A DNA stretch of 64,000 nt from Vitrella brassicaformis CCMP3155 (lineage: Eukaryota; Protista; Chromerida): NCBI GenBank assembly GCA_001179505.1, contig CDMY01000339.1:1-64000 (forward strand), read 5' to 3'. The notes beneath the pieces are model-generated. The model saw nothing but the letters and a program-made list of their open reading frames with translations, did not search any database and was not told where the DNA came from. The position numbers were made by a program, and so were the translations under genes. Shown here piece after piece: positions 50,771 through 61,775 of the stretch (within the stretch, counting starts at the first letter, position 1; the number at the start of each line of letters is the position of its first letter).

Positions 50771-51447
50771 TCTGATGTTGGCAGGTGAGAGGACGGGGCG
50801 GATCCGCTAATGCATGCACGTGTGGTCCTCTTGCCTGTCTGTGTTGCGTCCGTCAGCTTCAGCAGCACCACTCCTTCCTGAGCCGCGTCTATACGTCCAA
50901 CATCCACACGTGCAGAGGAGTCATTGTGGAAATAGGTGTGCTGACGGTGGAAGGAACCGGACCAGTGGGAGTGTTGGTGCAGAGCTGCTGGGGCGGGGGA
51001 CCCTCTTCGGTGACGCAAATCTTCCTATCATCATGATCAGCCTCACACTATCAGCCCGGGTCACTTCGGCTCCTGTCACTCCACTGATTACAGCCGAGTA
51101 CCAGCCTCTCGACTACTTGCGTGGCGTCTGTGGATAGAGACATTTTCTTCTTGTTGTGTGGACGCTTTTCGCGGCTCTTTGCCTCTCTGATGGCTTTCCC
51201 CTTTCTGACCGTCGACAAGTGGCCACACATAGCAGAAGGACAACAGGACTTCGTGCACGAAGGCCACACCAGACCTCTGGCGGGACACCTCCTTCGAAGC
51301 GGCTGACCAAGCATCGTGTCCTGCAACTTGCTCCGTCGAAAGAGCTGGTCAAAGACTTAACACGGCAGTACAACGACATGCATCCCGATGCTCGTGTAGA
51401 TGACTACCTTTGTAAGGAGATGGAATGTCGTGAGTGCCGTGTTCGTG

Positions 51448-52822
51448 GACCAAGATGTCCGGGAGAGGGACAGGCGCATTCAGACACTGTAATCGACACA
51501 ACGACTGTTGCCTGCCCATCCTTTCATTATTGTGGCATTGTTGTCTCCTGATGTGCATTCAGGCGAGCAGAAAACCAAGCCCTCAGCCGCAACGTTGAGC
51601 GCCTCAAGGACGAGGTGCAGCAGGAGAGGCAGAAGGCCGCACAGCAGGAGATTCGGTATGTGAGATCTACAGGCATGCACAGCACAGGTGCAGGGCGCTT
51701 TCGTGACTGCCTCTCTCTTTTTTGTGTGTGTACAGGTATAAGGCCTCCATGACCCAGTACAGGATGTATATTGCTGACATGCTCCGGCAGAAGTAACCAA
51801 CGGAATACTGATCGGACGCGATTGAATGTTGTTGTTATGACTCCTGCTGCAGGGGGACTGAGGGCAAGCAGAATGAAGACGACAAGTACAACACCGACAC
51901 CGGTAACGAAACGAGCAAACGAGCGGCACAGATATTGCACTAGCATCCGTGTTGCCTTTATGTTTGCTGACGCGATTCAGGCAGCCTTCCCGGACAGTTC
52001 AGCACCAAAGCCAGTGAGGACAACGATATCAAGCGTCACATCACAGACATGATCATCGACTATCGCCATGAGCCGAGGGAGGGCGAGGAGAAGCGAGTTA
52101 CTTGGCGGGATATGATTGGGAACGCCAGCGTCAAACAAAAGTGAGTCGGGATGAAACGGTTCTTCAATAACACAGTGGATTCGTTGACGCTTTTTGTGTG
52201 TGCAATGAAGCCTTCTGCAGCTCTTTCTATGGCCTGCCAAGTATCCACTCGAGTTCACGGGGCTGCCGGCCCTATAAGAGGGCCTTCTGCTTTTCGACCA
52301 TCCGGCAACGGCAAAACGATGGCAGCGAAGGCAGCGGCGTCCAAGGTAAATGAGCTGCCGCGCTTTGCTTTCATTGTGTACTGCTTGTTGTCTCTTCGAT
52401 ACAGTGCAAGGCCACGTTCTTCAACGTTGACGCCGCTTCCTTCGGCTCTAAGTGGTACTGTCTGCAATCACGCTCCTGTTTGTGTTGGTCATTGCGTCTT
52501 TTCTTTGTTGCTGCTGCTGTTTGTGCGTGTAAGTTTGGCGATAGAGAGAAGATGGTAAAGGCGCTGTTCGAGGTGGCCAGAGAGCGTGCTCCGTCCATCA
52601 TCTTCATGGATGAGGTCGACGGGATCATGTCAGCGAGGGGCGCTGAAGTCGGATTTGGCTCTCAAGCCGTCAGGTAGGCATCGTGTATGCGCTCGCACTC
52701 ACCCTCACCGATCTCCTTGTCTCTGTACCATTGTATGCAGCCGCATCAAGGCTGAGCTTCTGGTCCAAGTGGACGGCCTGACCACCACTGATGATCGCGT
52801 GCAAGTTATCCTCAGTCTTTAG
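51448..52822 (+). pseudogene. Coiled-coil + spastin/katanin-type AAA ATPase pseudogene (copy 1), intron-containing
   Basis: Exons read DQDVRERDRRIQTL, RAENQALSRNVERLKDEV, VTWRDMIGNASVKQ, WPAKYPLEFTG..GLLLF..SGNGKTMAAKAAASK, CKATFFNVDAASFGSKW, GDREKMVKALFEVARERAPSIIFMDEVDG and RIKAELLVQVDGL. There is an in-frame TAA at ~52275, a 1-nt deletion just before Walker A, and a stop before the sensor-1/SRH region. Confidence 0.85.
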
Positions 52823-52898
52823 AGACTTTCACTCATTCAGGAGAGAGAGAGAGGAGTGTTGTGTGCGTTCATAAGACACAGCAACTGCCCTACCGCAT

Positions 52899-54500
52899 AT
52901 GGCGCAGCCAGCGGCCCCAGGGCCCGCAACACCGCCATTCGTCCTCGACAACTACTATGATATCCGTCAGCTCCGCGCCGGCACACATGGGCAGACGTGG
53001 CTCGCCAAGCCAAACCCCGTCGGCCAAGCCCCGAACCAATAGCCCCGAACCTCGACGGCATGCCGTGGGCTATGGCCATGCCTCGAGGTCAGGACGTCGT
53101 CGTCAAAAGGGTGAGTGCATGCATGGACCAGCCGATGCGAAGTTGCCATCGCTTGTCTCATGCATGTGTGCCTCATCCATCCATAACCGTGTACGTCTGT
53201 TTGTCGTCTCGATCTGCGTGCAGAGTCTGGGCCAGAACAACGTGAACATCCTATACGGTGAGAGGACTGACACACACCCTCTCTCTCTCTCTCTTCTCAT
53301 GTGCTGTTAGTTGGTTCGTTCGTGTATGTACTCAGTAGAGTCGACGGTCATGTCGCAGCCGGCCCTCGAGGCGTGCCCGAATGTGATGGACTACTACGCG
53401 CTGACGACCGCGGATGACGACTCGGAGGGCTACCTGGTGATGCCATACGGGGGCCAGGACCTCGCGCAGATGCTCGATGACCACAGACAAGCACACATGG
53501 CTCAGATGGTGGGTGAGAGGAGAGATGAATACGTATGGGCGTGCGTGGTTTGAAGGACAGACAGACAGACAGACAGACAGCCAGACAGCCATACATGTAT
53601 ATGCGGCCACAGACAAGTGTTGTTCCCTCTCTCTGCAGGGTGACATGGCGGACTACACCGGCCTGCCCGTCGGCCAGGTCAAGTCCATCACACGCCAGCT
53701 GCTCACCGTACACCAGGCGTTCAAGGCCGCAGGCGGTAAGTAACTAAGCAAGAGAGGCAGACAGAGAGAGAGGAGAGAAGCGGGAAGACAAGTGTCTGTC
53801 TGTGTGGTTTGTTGGAACATGCAGTGATGTATCGAGACATGAAGCTCGACAATGTCGTCATGGACGGCAACGAACGCGTACGCGTCATCGATATGGGCTG
53901 GGCCAAGGCCGTGCAGGCTCAGTGGGATGGTGTCAACGATCCACTGGCGGTCACCACCCATACTTACACATGTGTCTCTCTCTGTTTCACTCTCTCTCTC
54001 TCTCATGCGTGCAGTGGGTTGGCGGCGTGCGGCCGGCCGAGATGCTGCTGCAGACAGTACAACACACAGGCTGACATCCACGCTCTCGGCCAGACGCTCT
54101 TTGAGATGCGGTTCGGATACACAGTGTTCACCGAGCGGATAGTCCACGGCCAGTTGATCGACCTCCGCAACAACCCTATGGCGGCGCTGACGGACATGAT
54201 CGCCATGTACGGCGGGGCGGCATGGTCGGCTGACCAGAAGACCCAGATACACAACTTCCTGGTACGTACACACGTGCAAAAGGCAGCCATTAACAAGCGA
54301 GGGAGGGACCTCAGCATACATGCGTAGCAAGCGAGAATTGCCTGTCTGTGTCTCTCTGCTGCTGCTGCGTGTGTGCGTGTGCAGGGCGCTTACGCGTTGG
54401 GACCGGCCAGGACGGAGGCGCAGGTCAAGGCGTCGCTGCTCCACCGCATGACTGCCCTCCGCCCGCAGCTGCACGTCACACCGGAGGGTGGCATCAACCA
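52899..54500 (+). pseudogene. Ser/Thr protein kinase gene with frameshift(s)
   Basis: Motifs read LRAGTHGQTWLA (Gly loop), DVVVK, VES (alphaC Glu), YLVMPYGGQDL, VMYRDMKLDNVV, VIDMGWA and ADIHALGQTLFEM. The Gly-loop frame hits TAG at 53040 while VVVK lies in another frame. Confidence 0.75.
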
Positions 54501-56384
54501 CGAAACTCAGGTGAACAGGATAAACGCATACAGATGCGCATTGTAATGGATGGTAAATGGATGTCATGCAGCAAGATGTCTCGATCTTATCGCCGTCTAC
54601 ATTTTATATCACGGAGGACTCTTTACTCTGTGCATCGCCCTCATCATGGGACTTCATACGTGCGGCGTGCTGCCGGCACTGCTGATGGTGGCGTTTCGGG
54701 TGCCCTCGTCAATCACGTCGCGCGATGAGGGTGCTTGGCAGCATTCTCACGATGTGAAACTGCATCCCGTGAGTGGAAGGGTTTGAAAGAACCAGGCGAC
54801 AAGAATGACCCTTGTGATCGGTCCATTCGTCTATGCACGTATCTAGGATGTCCGCAGCATGAAGGGAAAGCCTAGATGGGGCGTCTATGCTGCTGGCATG
54901 GATGCCCGGCACGGGGCACATCATCAAGGGAGTGGCGTTCCTGGATACCAAGCTATGGCAGAACGGCGCGTGAGTGTGCAAGGATTTGAAAGAATCAGGC
55001 GACATGGACGCGTGTGATCGGGTCGATTTGTGTATGTTTCTAGGATGCCCGGGTTGGTGAACGCTACCCTCGAAGCCAACTTGGAGGTGCCCGAACTGCC
55101 CCAGCTGGACCAGATGACCGCCGCCACAATGGCGGCTGCATGCGGATAACCAGGTGCTCATCGCCACGACGCAGCAGCTAGTGTACATGATGGGAAACGC
55201 CACAAGTGCCATCATGGACCTCGCCAACAATACAAACACGACGGGTCAGCCCGTAAGTGAGGGAGGGAAAGACCGAATAACCTTTGCTTTTGCTATCAGT
55301 CCCACTTCTTCTTCGCCGGCCCTACGCGGGGAACGCGGTTCCCTTTCACCTTGGACCCGCAGCAACTCGCCGGCGTGCGCACGGAAGCCGATCTTCGACG
55401 TGCCGTGGCAGACCACCTGCACCGCGAGTACGGCGGTGCGGTTGGGGCGGTGCAAGGGAGGAGCGCAGAGGACTACGAGCTTGAACTCGACTTCAACCAG
55501 TTCGACCGGAGGGGCTTGTCGGCCGAGGATCCGTGACGCAAAGAGTACACGCGCACCAAGGACACGCATGTGTGTGTGGCTGTGTAAACAGGTCCTCCGC
55601 CAGTTCCGCGGGGTGCCGGTGTGGGCGACCCGAACAGCACAGGTATAACCGGATCAACCTTGTTTCTTTGCTGTTGCTATGCAGGTAGCCGCTCAAGAAC
55701 ACACGCATCTATGGGGGACGCATCTCCTGCCAGGGTGGACTTGTCGACAGGTATGTATGCACATGGGTTCTCACCACGAATGCGCGTGCTGTCTCCATTA
55801 CGTTGGTGTAGTTGTGTTTGGTGTGCACGGAGTTCGCAGCACGCGGCAAAGAGCTCGACGTCAGGCTCGAGCGGGCAGTTCGGGTGGATAAAGTCTGATC
55901 TATCAGCCAGTCGGCTCATCAATGTGGCTCCCGCGGCCTGTGCCGGACTTCCCCTCTCCGTCCAGCCGTCGTGGTGCGTGCGACAACGACGAGGAGCCAA
56001 GCGCCGTGTGGATGATGCAGCTCGGCAGCAACCCCCCTCTGACAACCGGCGGTGGTGTCCCCATGCGGCGAGATGTTGTCCACCGAAGATGCCCTCGTCG
56101 GTGGGCGGGGTGCAGGCAAAGTGGACAACATTACATGCGCACACACAAATGCGTACGCGCATCTGTTGTCATCGTGTGGATGTCAGGTCGACACAAGAGG
56201 AGACATGATGACATTGTGGTCATCGCTGTCTACATTTTATATCACGGAGGACTTGTATCACTGCATCCACGCTTCCTGAAGTCCACCGTCAGCTCAGAAC
56301 TGAAGAAAGTTCAACGGCGTGTGCGGGCTGAGAGGTCCCCAGCGCGTCTCCGTCGTGTGCGTGAGGTGACGGGCAGAGAGGGCA

Positions 56385-57620
56385 GCTGGCCCCTCAAGAG
56401 CCCCTCCTCCTGTTTTGGCCGCCTGGCAACGGCAAAACCATGGCGGCAAAGGCGGTTGCATCTACGGTAAATGAGCTCTTGCCTTCTGCCTTTTCTGCAC
56501 GCCAGATGCACCGTTTCTCATTGCGTTGCCCTCCTTCTGCAGAGAGACCAAGATGTCCGGGAGAGGGACAGGCGCATCCAGACACTGTAATCGACAAAAC
56601 GACGACTCTTGCCTGCCCACCCTTTCATTATTGCGGCATTGTTGTCCCCTGATGTGCATTCAGGCGAGCAGAAAAGCAAGCCCTCAGCCGCAACGTTGAG
56701 CGCCTCAACGACGAGGTGCAGCAGGAGAGGCAGAAGGCCGCACAGCAGGAGATTCGGTATGTGAGATCTACAGGCATGCACAGCACAGGTGCAGGGCGCT
56801 TTTGTGATGGCTTTTTTTTTGTGTGTGTACAGGTATAAGGCCTCCATGACCCAGTACAGGATGTATATTGCTGACATGCTCCGGCAGAAGTAACCAACGG
56901 AATACTGATCGGACGCGATTGAATGTTGTTTTGACTCCTGCTGCAGGGGTACTGAGAGCAAGCAGAATGAGGACGACAAGGACAACACCGACACCGGTAA
57001 CGAAACGAGCAAACGAGCGGCACAGATATTGCACTACAGGTATAAGGCATCCATGACCCATCACAGGATGTATATTGCTGACATGCTCCGACAGAAGTAA
57101 ACCAACCTAATACTGATCGGACGCGATTGAATGTTGTTGTTATGACTCCTGCTGCAGGGGGACTGAGGGCAAGCAGAATGAAGACGACAAGTACAACACC
57201 GACACCGGTAACGAAACGAGCAAACGAGCGGCACAGATATTGCACTAACATTCGTGTTGCATCGGTGTTTGCTGACGCCATTCAGGCGGCCTGCCCGGAC
57301 AGTTCAGCACCAAAGCCAGTGAGGACAACGATATCAAGCGTCACATCACGGACATGATCATCGACTATCGCCATGAGCCGAGGGAGGGCGAGGAGAAGCG
57401 AGTTACCTGGCGGGATATGATTGGGAACGCCAGCGTCAAACAAAGTGAGTCGGGATGAAACGGTTCACCGATAACACAGTGGATTCGTTGACGCTTTTTG
57501 TGTGTGCAATGAAGCCTTCTGCAGCTGTTCGTATGGCCGGCCAAGTATCCACTCGAGTTCACGGGGCTGCCGGCCCCACAAGAGGGCCTTCTGCTTTTCG
57601 GCCCATCCCGCAAAGGCGAC
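56385..57620 (+). pseudogene. Copy 2 of the coiled-coil/AAA fragment, preceded by a separate Walker A exon, with internal two-exon tandem duplication; truncated at Walker A
   Basis: LLLFWPPGNGKTMAAKAVAST lies at ~56405-56465. The region from 56546 is near-identical to the region from 51448. The ~205-bp block 56827-57035 is repeated at 57036-57245. The copy ends GLLLFGPSRKGD. Confidence 0.85.
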
Positions 57621-57656
57621 GCTGCCCCCGTACGCGAGTCGGCCCGCATCGCAGCG

Positions 57657-57938
57657 ATGCAGCAGCAGCTGTCCGCTGTCAACTATGCCACGTTGACGGC
57701 GGACAAGGTGACGGCCAACAGGAAGAGGCAGAGGGACGCGCAGGAGACGGTGACCAAGCTGCTGGGTGCCGAGGAGGAGAGGACATCGGAGGCAAGGAGG
57801 AATTGCCGGAGGCTGCAGGAGAAGCGAATCCTGGGCGAGCTGGGCTCGTACAAGAACATCACGGCCGAGACGGTGGCAGCAAACCGCGACAGGCAGAGGA
57901 AGAGGGTAGCAAGGAGGGGCAGGCAGGCCGGTGTCTGA
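57657..57938 (+). CDS. Small basic coiled-coil ORF (93 aa) with internal repeat; may be a gene fragment
   Basis: The motifs TADKVTANRKRQR and TAETVAANRDRQR occur within one ORF. Confidence 0.35.
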   Translation: MQQQLSAVNYATLTADKVTANRKRQRDAQETVTKLLGAEEERTSEARRNCRRLQEKRILGELGSYKNITAETVAANRDRQRKRVARRGRQAGV

Positions 57939-59266
57939 CTGGCATTTCTTGGGGAGGGTAGACTGGCGGTTGGTGGGGGGGCGGGAGTGGTATCAGGGCA
58001 AACTGATAGACTCAATGTTTTGGCTGCGCCGGGTCGATCGCTGACCTTTTTGGCCGCTCTTTGACTGAGCTTGAGGACGTACAGGGGCAGTGATGGGATA
58101 ACTAGTGCTGGGAGGGGGAGGGGTGGTGTGTGTGGCCTGCCTGTCTGGGATGTGTGTGAGTGGACGGCCTAACCGACAAGCACAAACAGACAGACAGACA
58201 GACATACCGACAGACAGAGACAGCCGCCCGTCCTCATGGAGGGAGGGGTGCATACAGATGGATTGTGGGGGTCAAGGGAGGAGGGTGGGAGAGAGGGAGT
58301 GGAGACGTGAAAGTTTATCGCTGCCTTCATTTTATATCCGGATGGCACGTGTTTGTCAATGTCACCAGGACAAGAAGATGTGAGGGACATTTGGTGAGTG
58401 CTGCATGGTGCGTGGGGTGGACCGATCCATTCAGGTGTTACGTCGAAAAGTCCGTTTGTATGCACACCTCACACACTCACACTCACACACACTCACACAT
58501 GCCATCTCCCTGTGCGTGTCTCTCAGCATAGCAGCAAACTCACCCGGCACTTCCCACACACACCCACACTCATCCTCCTGCCCCTCTAGGCATCCGAATC
58601 ACCCTCGCAGCCCTCTGCCCCTCCGTCCCTCTCTCCCGTCCTGATGCACATCGTCGTGGAAGGCAGACTAGCGAAGTGGTCACCACACTCTGCCCCCGCC
58701 TTACCCGACGACATGACAGAAAGAAGAGAAAGGGGCCGAAGTGCGGCGCTGTGTTCGGTCAACTGGCCAAAAATCCATCCTCGCCTTACACCTCACTCAT
58801 CTCACTCACTCATTCACTCACCTGCCTGCCTGCCGCTACAAATCGCACAAGGACCAGTGCCTGGCTGCACGTGTCGGTCAGCCGCCTTGTGAGATGTCGT
58901 TCCTCGCTCATATGTCTGCATCTGGTGTGCAGGTGGACTGCCTCGACCTGGCCCGTCAGATGCTCAGCTGCGGCATTAAGCGAATCACGCTCAGCTGAGC
59001 ATCCGACGCTCCAGCCCCAGGGAGCAAACCTGCACGGAATCGATGCAAAAGGGGCAATATCGTGGCCTACAAAAGTAAGGGATCACAGGCGTACGCGGCA
59101 TGCAGCCAGCTGGCTACCCAAACACTACAGAAAAACCAGACCGTCACGATGATTATGTACACTCTCGTGCCCCTCCCCCCCCCCTCCTCGACTCCCCGAG
59201 TACTGTACACCCGCCCCTCACTCCCTCCCTCACTCTGCACATCAACAACATGTGGCCACAAAACAC

Positions 59267-60529
59267 CTACACAACATTGTCAAAATCGATGGTGGGTGGA
59301 GTCAGGGGTGCGTCCATCTTGTCAGCCCTCGGCGTCTTGAACGCGTCAGGCTGCTGCGTGTTGAGTGAGGTCTTGGGGGCCGCCTCTGCGGTGTCCGCCG
59401 GCAGGCCGTCAAGGTCCCACTCCAGAGGGTAAGACTCGCGCAAGTTACGCGTCAAAACCTTGCGCCTGTAGCAACACGTGTACACGTGTGTGTGTCACAG
59501 TCACATGTCGAGTGAGTCTCTCTATGGCGTGCGGTGCGGCGCATACATACCTGTATCCATCGACTGTGTCCGAGAATAAGGGGGCGGGGTTTTCTGCTAG
59601 CTGGCGGTCGACCCTCTCGTACGCCTCAACACTCGTACCAACCGGCGCATACTCAGCCTGACCACACAGACAGACAGACAGACAGACACGTGACGTGCGG
59701 ACGGTATGCAGGGACACACTGATGCGTTCGCCCCCTCCATGTTTCTCGTCATCTTACCTGGTGAATGAATGCTCCTCCAGAGAGCCACTGAATGGAGGCG
59801 AAGGCCACCAAGAGGGCAATCGACAGCACTCCGATGCTCAGCGACGTGGTCCGTCCCCTCCCGCCTTGCTGCGGGTTGCGGACCAAGTTGACCACAGACA
59901 GCAAGGGCAGGAAGAAACCCAGACCAATCCGGGGATCTGTCGAGAACAGCCCGTTGAACGGCACGTCCGCCTCCATCTCCTGCCGCTCTCGAATGCCGAT
60001 ACGGTCCCGCCTGTTGGCGTACTGGGGGTTCGACGTGTTCTCCTCAAACTGGAAGCCGCGCCGCCTGTTTTGGCTGTCCATCTCGTCTTCTTCGGGCAGG
60101 GACTCGGTGGCAGTGGACACGCCGTTGTTGGTGGTGCTGGCGGTCTTGCCGTCTGCTTCGGCGATGCCAAGCTCCCGCTGGCGTTGTCTCAGCCGTGCGT
60201 AAATGTCCTCATCCTTGGACTCGTCAAACTCGCCCAGCAGCACGGTGGACGGCAGAGGGCGCCTGGCGGGGGAGAGGGAGGCGGAGCGGTGCAAAACTCC
60301 GGGCTGACGACGGAAGACACACACAAGACACGACGTGATGAGATAGATAGGACTCGTTTGTTCGTCTGTCTGATCTGCCTATGTCTGTCTGTTGGCACAC
60401 CTGTGCATGTGGCGTGTTGCTGAAGGCTGCTGTAAGCGGTAAGAGGATGCACAAGACCACACACGGTGCAACGACGCATGGACGGTGTGACGACGCGGAA
60501 GACGTCTGGCTGCCCCATGCTGTCCTCAT
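59267..60529 (-). CDS. Hypothetical single-TM protein with putative bipartite plastid leader, 4 exons
   Basis: Exon 1 reads MRTAWG..CVVLCILLPLTAA-FSNTPHAQ and splices in phase 0 to PGVLHRSASLSPARRPLPS. The TM segment is LSIGVLSIALLVAFASIQWL. The later exons AEYAPVG.. and RKVLTRNLRESY.. have GT-AG borders. Confidence 0.7.
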
Positions 60530-60861
60530 TGTTCAGTCCACGGCTGTGATCCTCTGAGATCCGGAGCAACTACGCGCACCGGATGTTTCGTTTCGCGCAT
60601 GCCCGAGGTGCCCAAACGGCAAACGGCAGGAGGCGGCGCCACGGCAGTGGACATCCAGCCAAGCCCGTCTGAGAGACCGCCTTCAGGTTGACTGACGTGC
60701 GTGAGCAAGTGGGTGAGCTTCGGTGTTGTGCTGCTGTTGTGACCAGCGTTGTGACTCGCGAGAAAGCCTTCGTCGGCAGATCTGTCACACTCTCTTTGTG
60801 ACGCACACGCGCTTCCTGGTTACGTGTTACTACGGGCTAACGGTGATCTCGAGCTCCAGCC

Positions 60862-61730
60862 GTGATGAGCTACCCCTACCCGCCTGGTCAGTACTCCGTG
60901 CCCATGGCGGCAAGCCCACCCGCCGGCTCTCGTGGGCCACCTTGGTTTGTCGGCGGACCACCCAGCCGCCCGCCGCCCGGCATCATCTACGCACCATCGC
61001 CGCAGCCAGTCGCCACTGCACCCACGCGTGGCCCAAGCCTTCAGCAGCAGGGAGGCTCTGGAGCTACCCGGGCCTCGGGCTCACCGCAGCCCGCTGACGC
61101 CGCAGCAGCAAGGGTGAGGAAGTCCCGCACAAAGACTGCGAACCAACGGGGGTCTCGGTTGTGTTCTTTTCATTCAGAGAGTCTACGTTCCGACCGCAGT
61201 GGAGGTACGCCTTTGATCTCAGACAACGCCAGATGCACCGTTGCTCATGGCGTTGCCCTCTTTCTGCACAGAGACCAAGATGTCCGGGAGAGGGACAGGC
61301 GCATCCAAACACTGTAATCGACAAAACGACGACTCTTGCCTGCCCACCCTTTCATTCTTGCGGCATTGTTGTCCCCTGATGTGCATTCAGGCGAGCAGAA
61401 AACCAAGCTCTCAGCCGCAACGTTGAGCGCCTCAACGACGAGGTGCAGCAGGAGAGGCAGAAGGCCGCAGAGCAGGAGATTCGGTATGTGAGATCTACAG
61501 GCATGCACAGCACAGGTGCAGGGCGCTTTTGTTATTGCTTCTCTCTTTTTGTGTACAGGTATAAGGCGTCCATGACGCAGTACGGGACGTATATTGCTAA
61601 CATGCTCGGGCAGAGGTAACCAACGGAATGCTGATCGAACGCGATTGAATGTTGTTGTTTTGACTCCTGCTGCAGGGGGATTGAGAGCAAGCAGAACGAG
61701 GACGACAAGGACAACACCGACATCGGTAAC
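60862..61730 (+). CDS. 5' half (about 6 exons) of the Pro-rich/coiled-coil/AAA gene family, interrupted downstream by a retrotransposon
   Basis: An ATG exon reads MMSYPYPPGQY..ADAAAAR. It is followed by the same exons and introns as copies 1 and 2 (DQDVRERDRRIQTL; AENQALSRNVERLNDEV; YKASMTQY; GIESKQNEDDKDNTD), with no lesion seen. Confidence 0.6.
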
Positions 61731-61775
61731 GAAACGAGCAAACGAGCGGCACGTTTGCATTTATGTTTGCTGACG

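Noticed and set aside
54900-56160. Short ORFs between the kinase and AAA copy 2
   Set aside because: They are fragmentary, on both strands, with no identifiable motif. I treated them as part of the fragment mosaic.
58830-58870. LPAATNR as the missing AAA sensor-1 exon
   Set aside because: The following residues do not resemble the SRH (no P-x2-LD-x-A-x2-RR), so this is probably chance.
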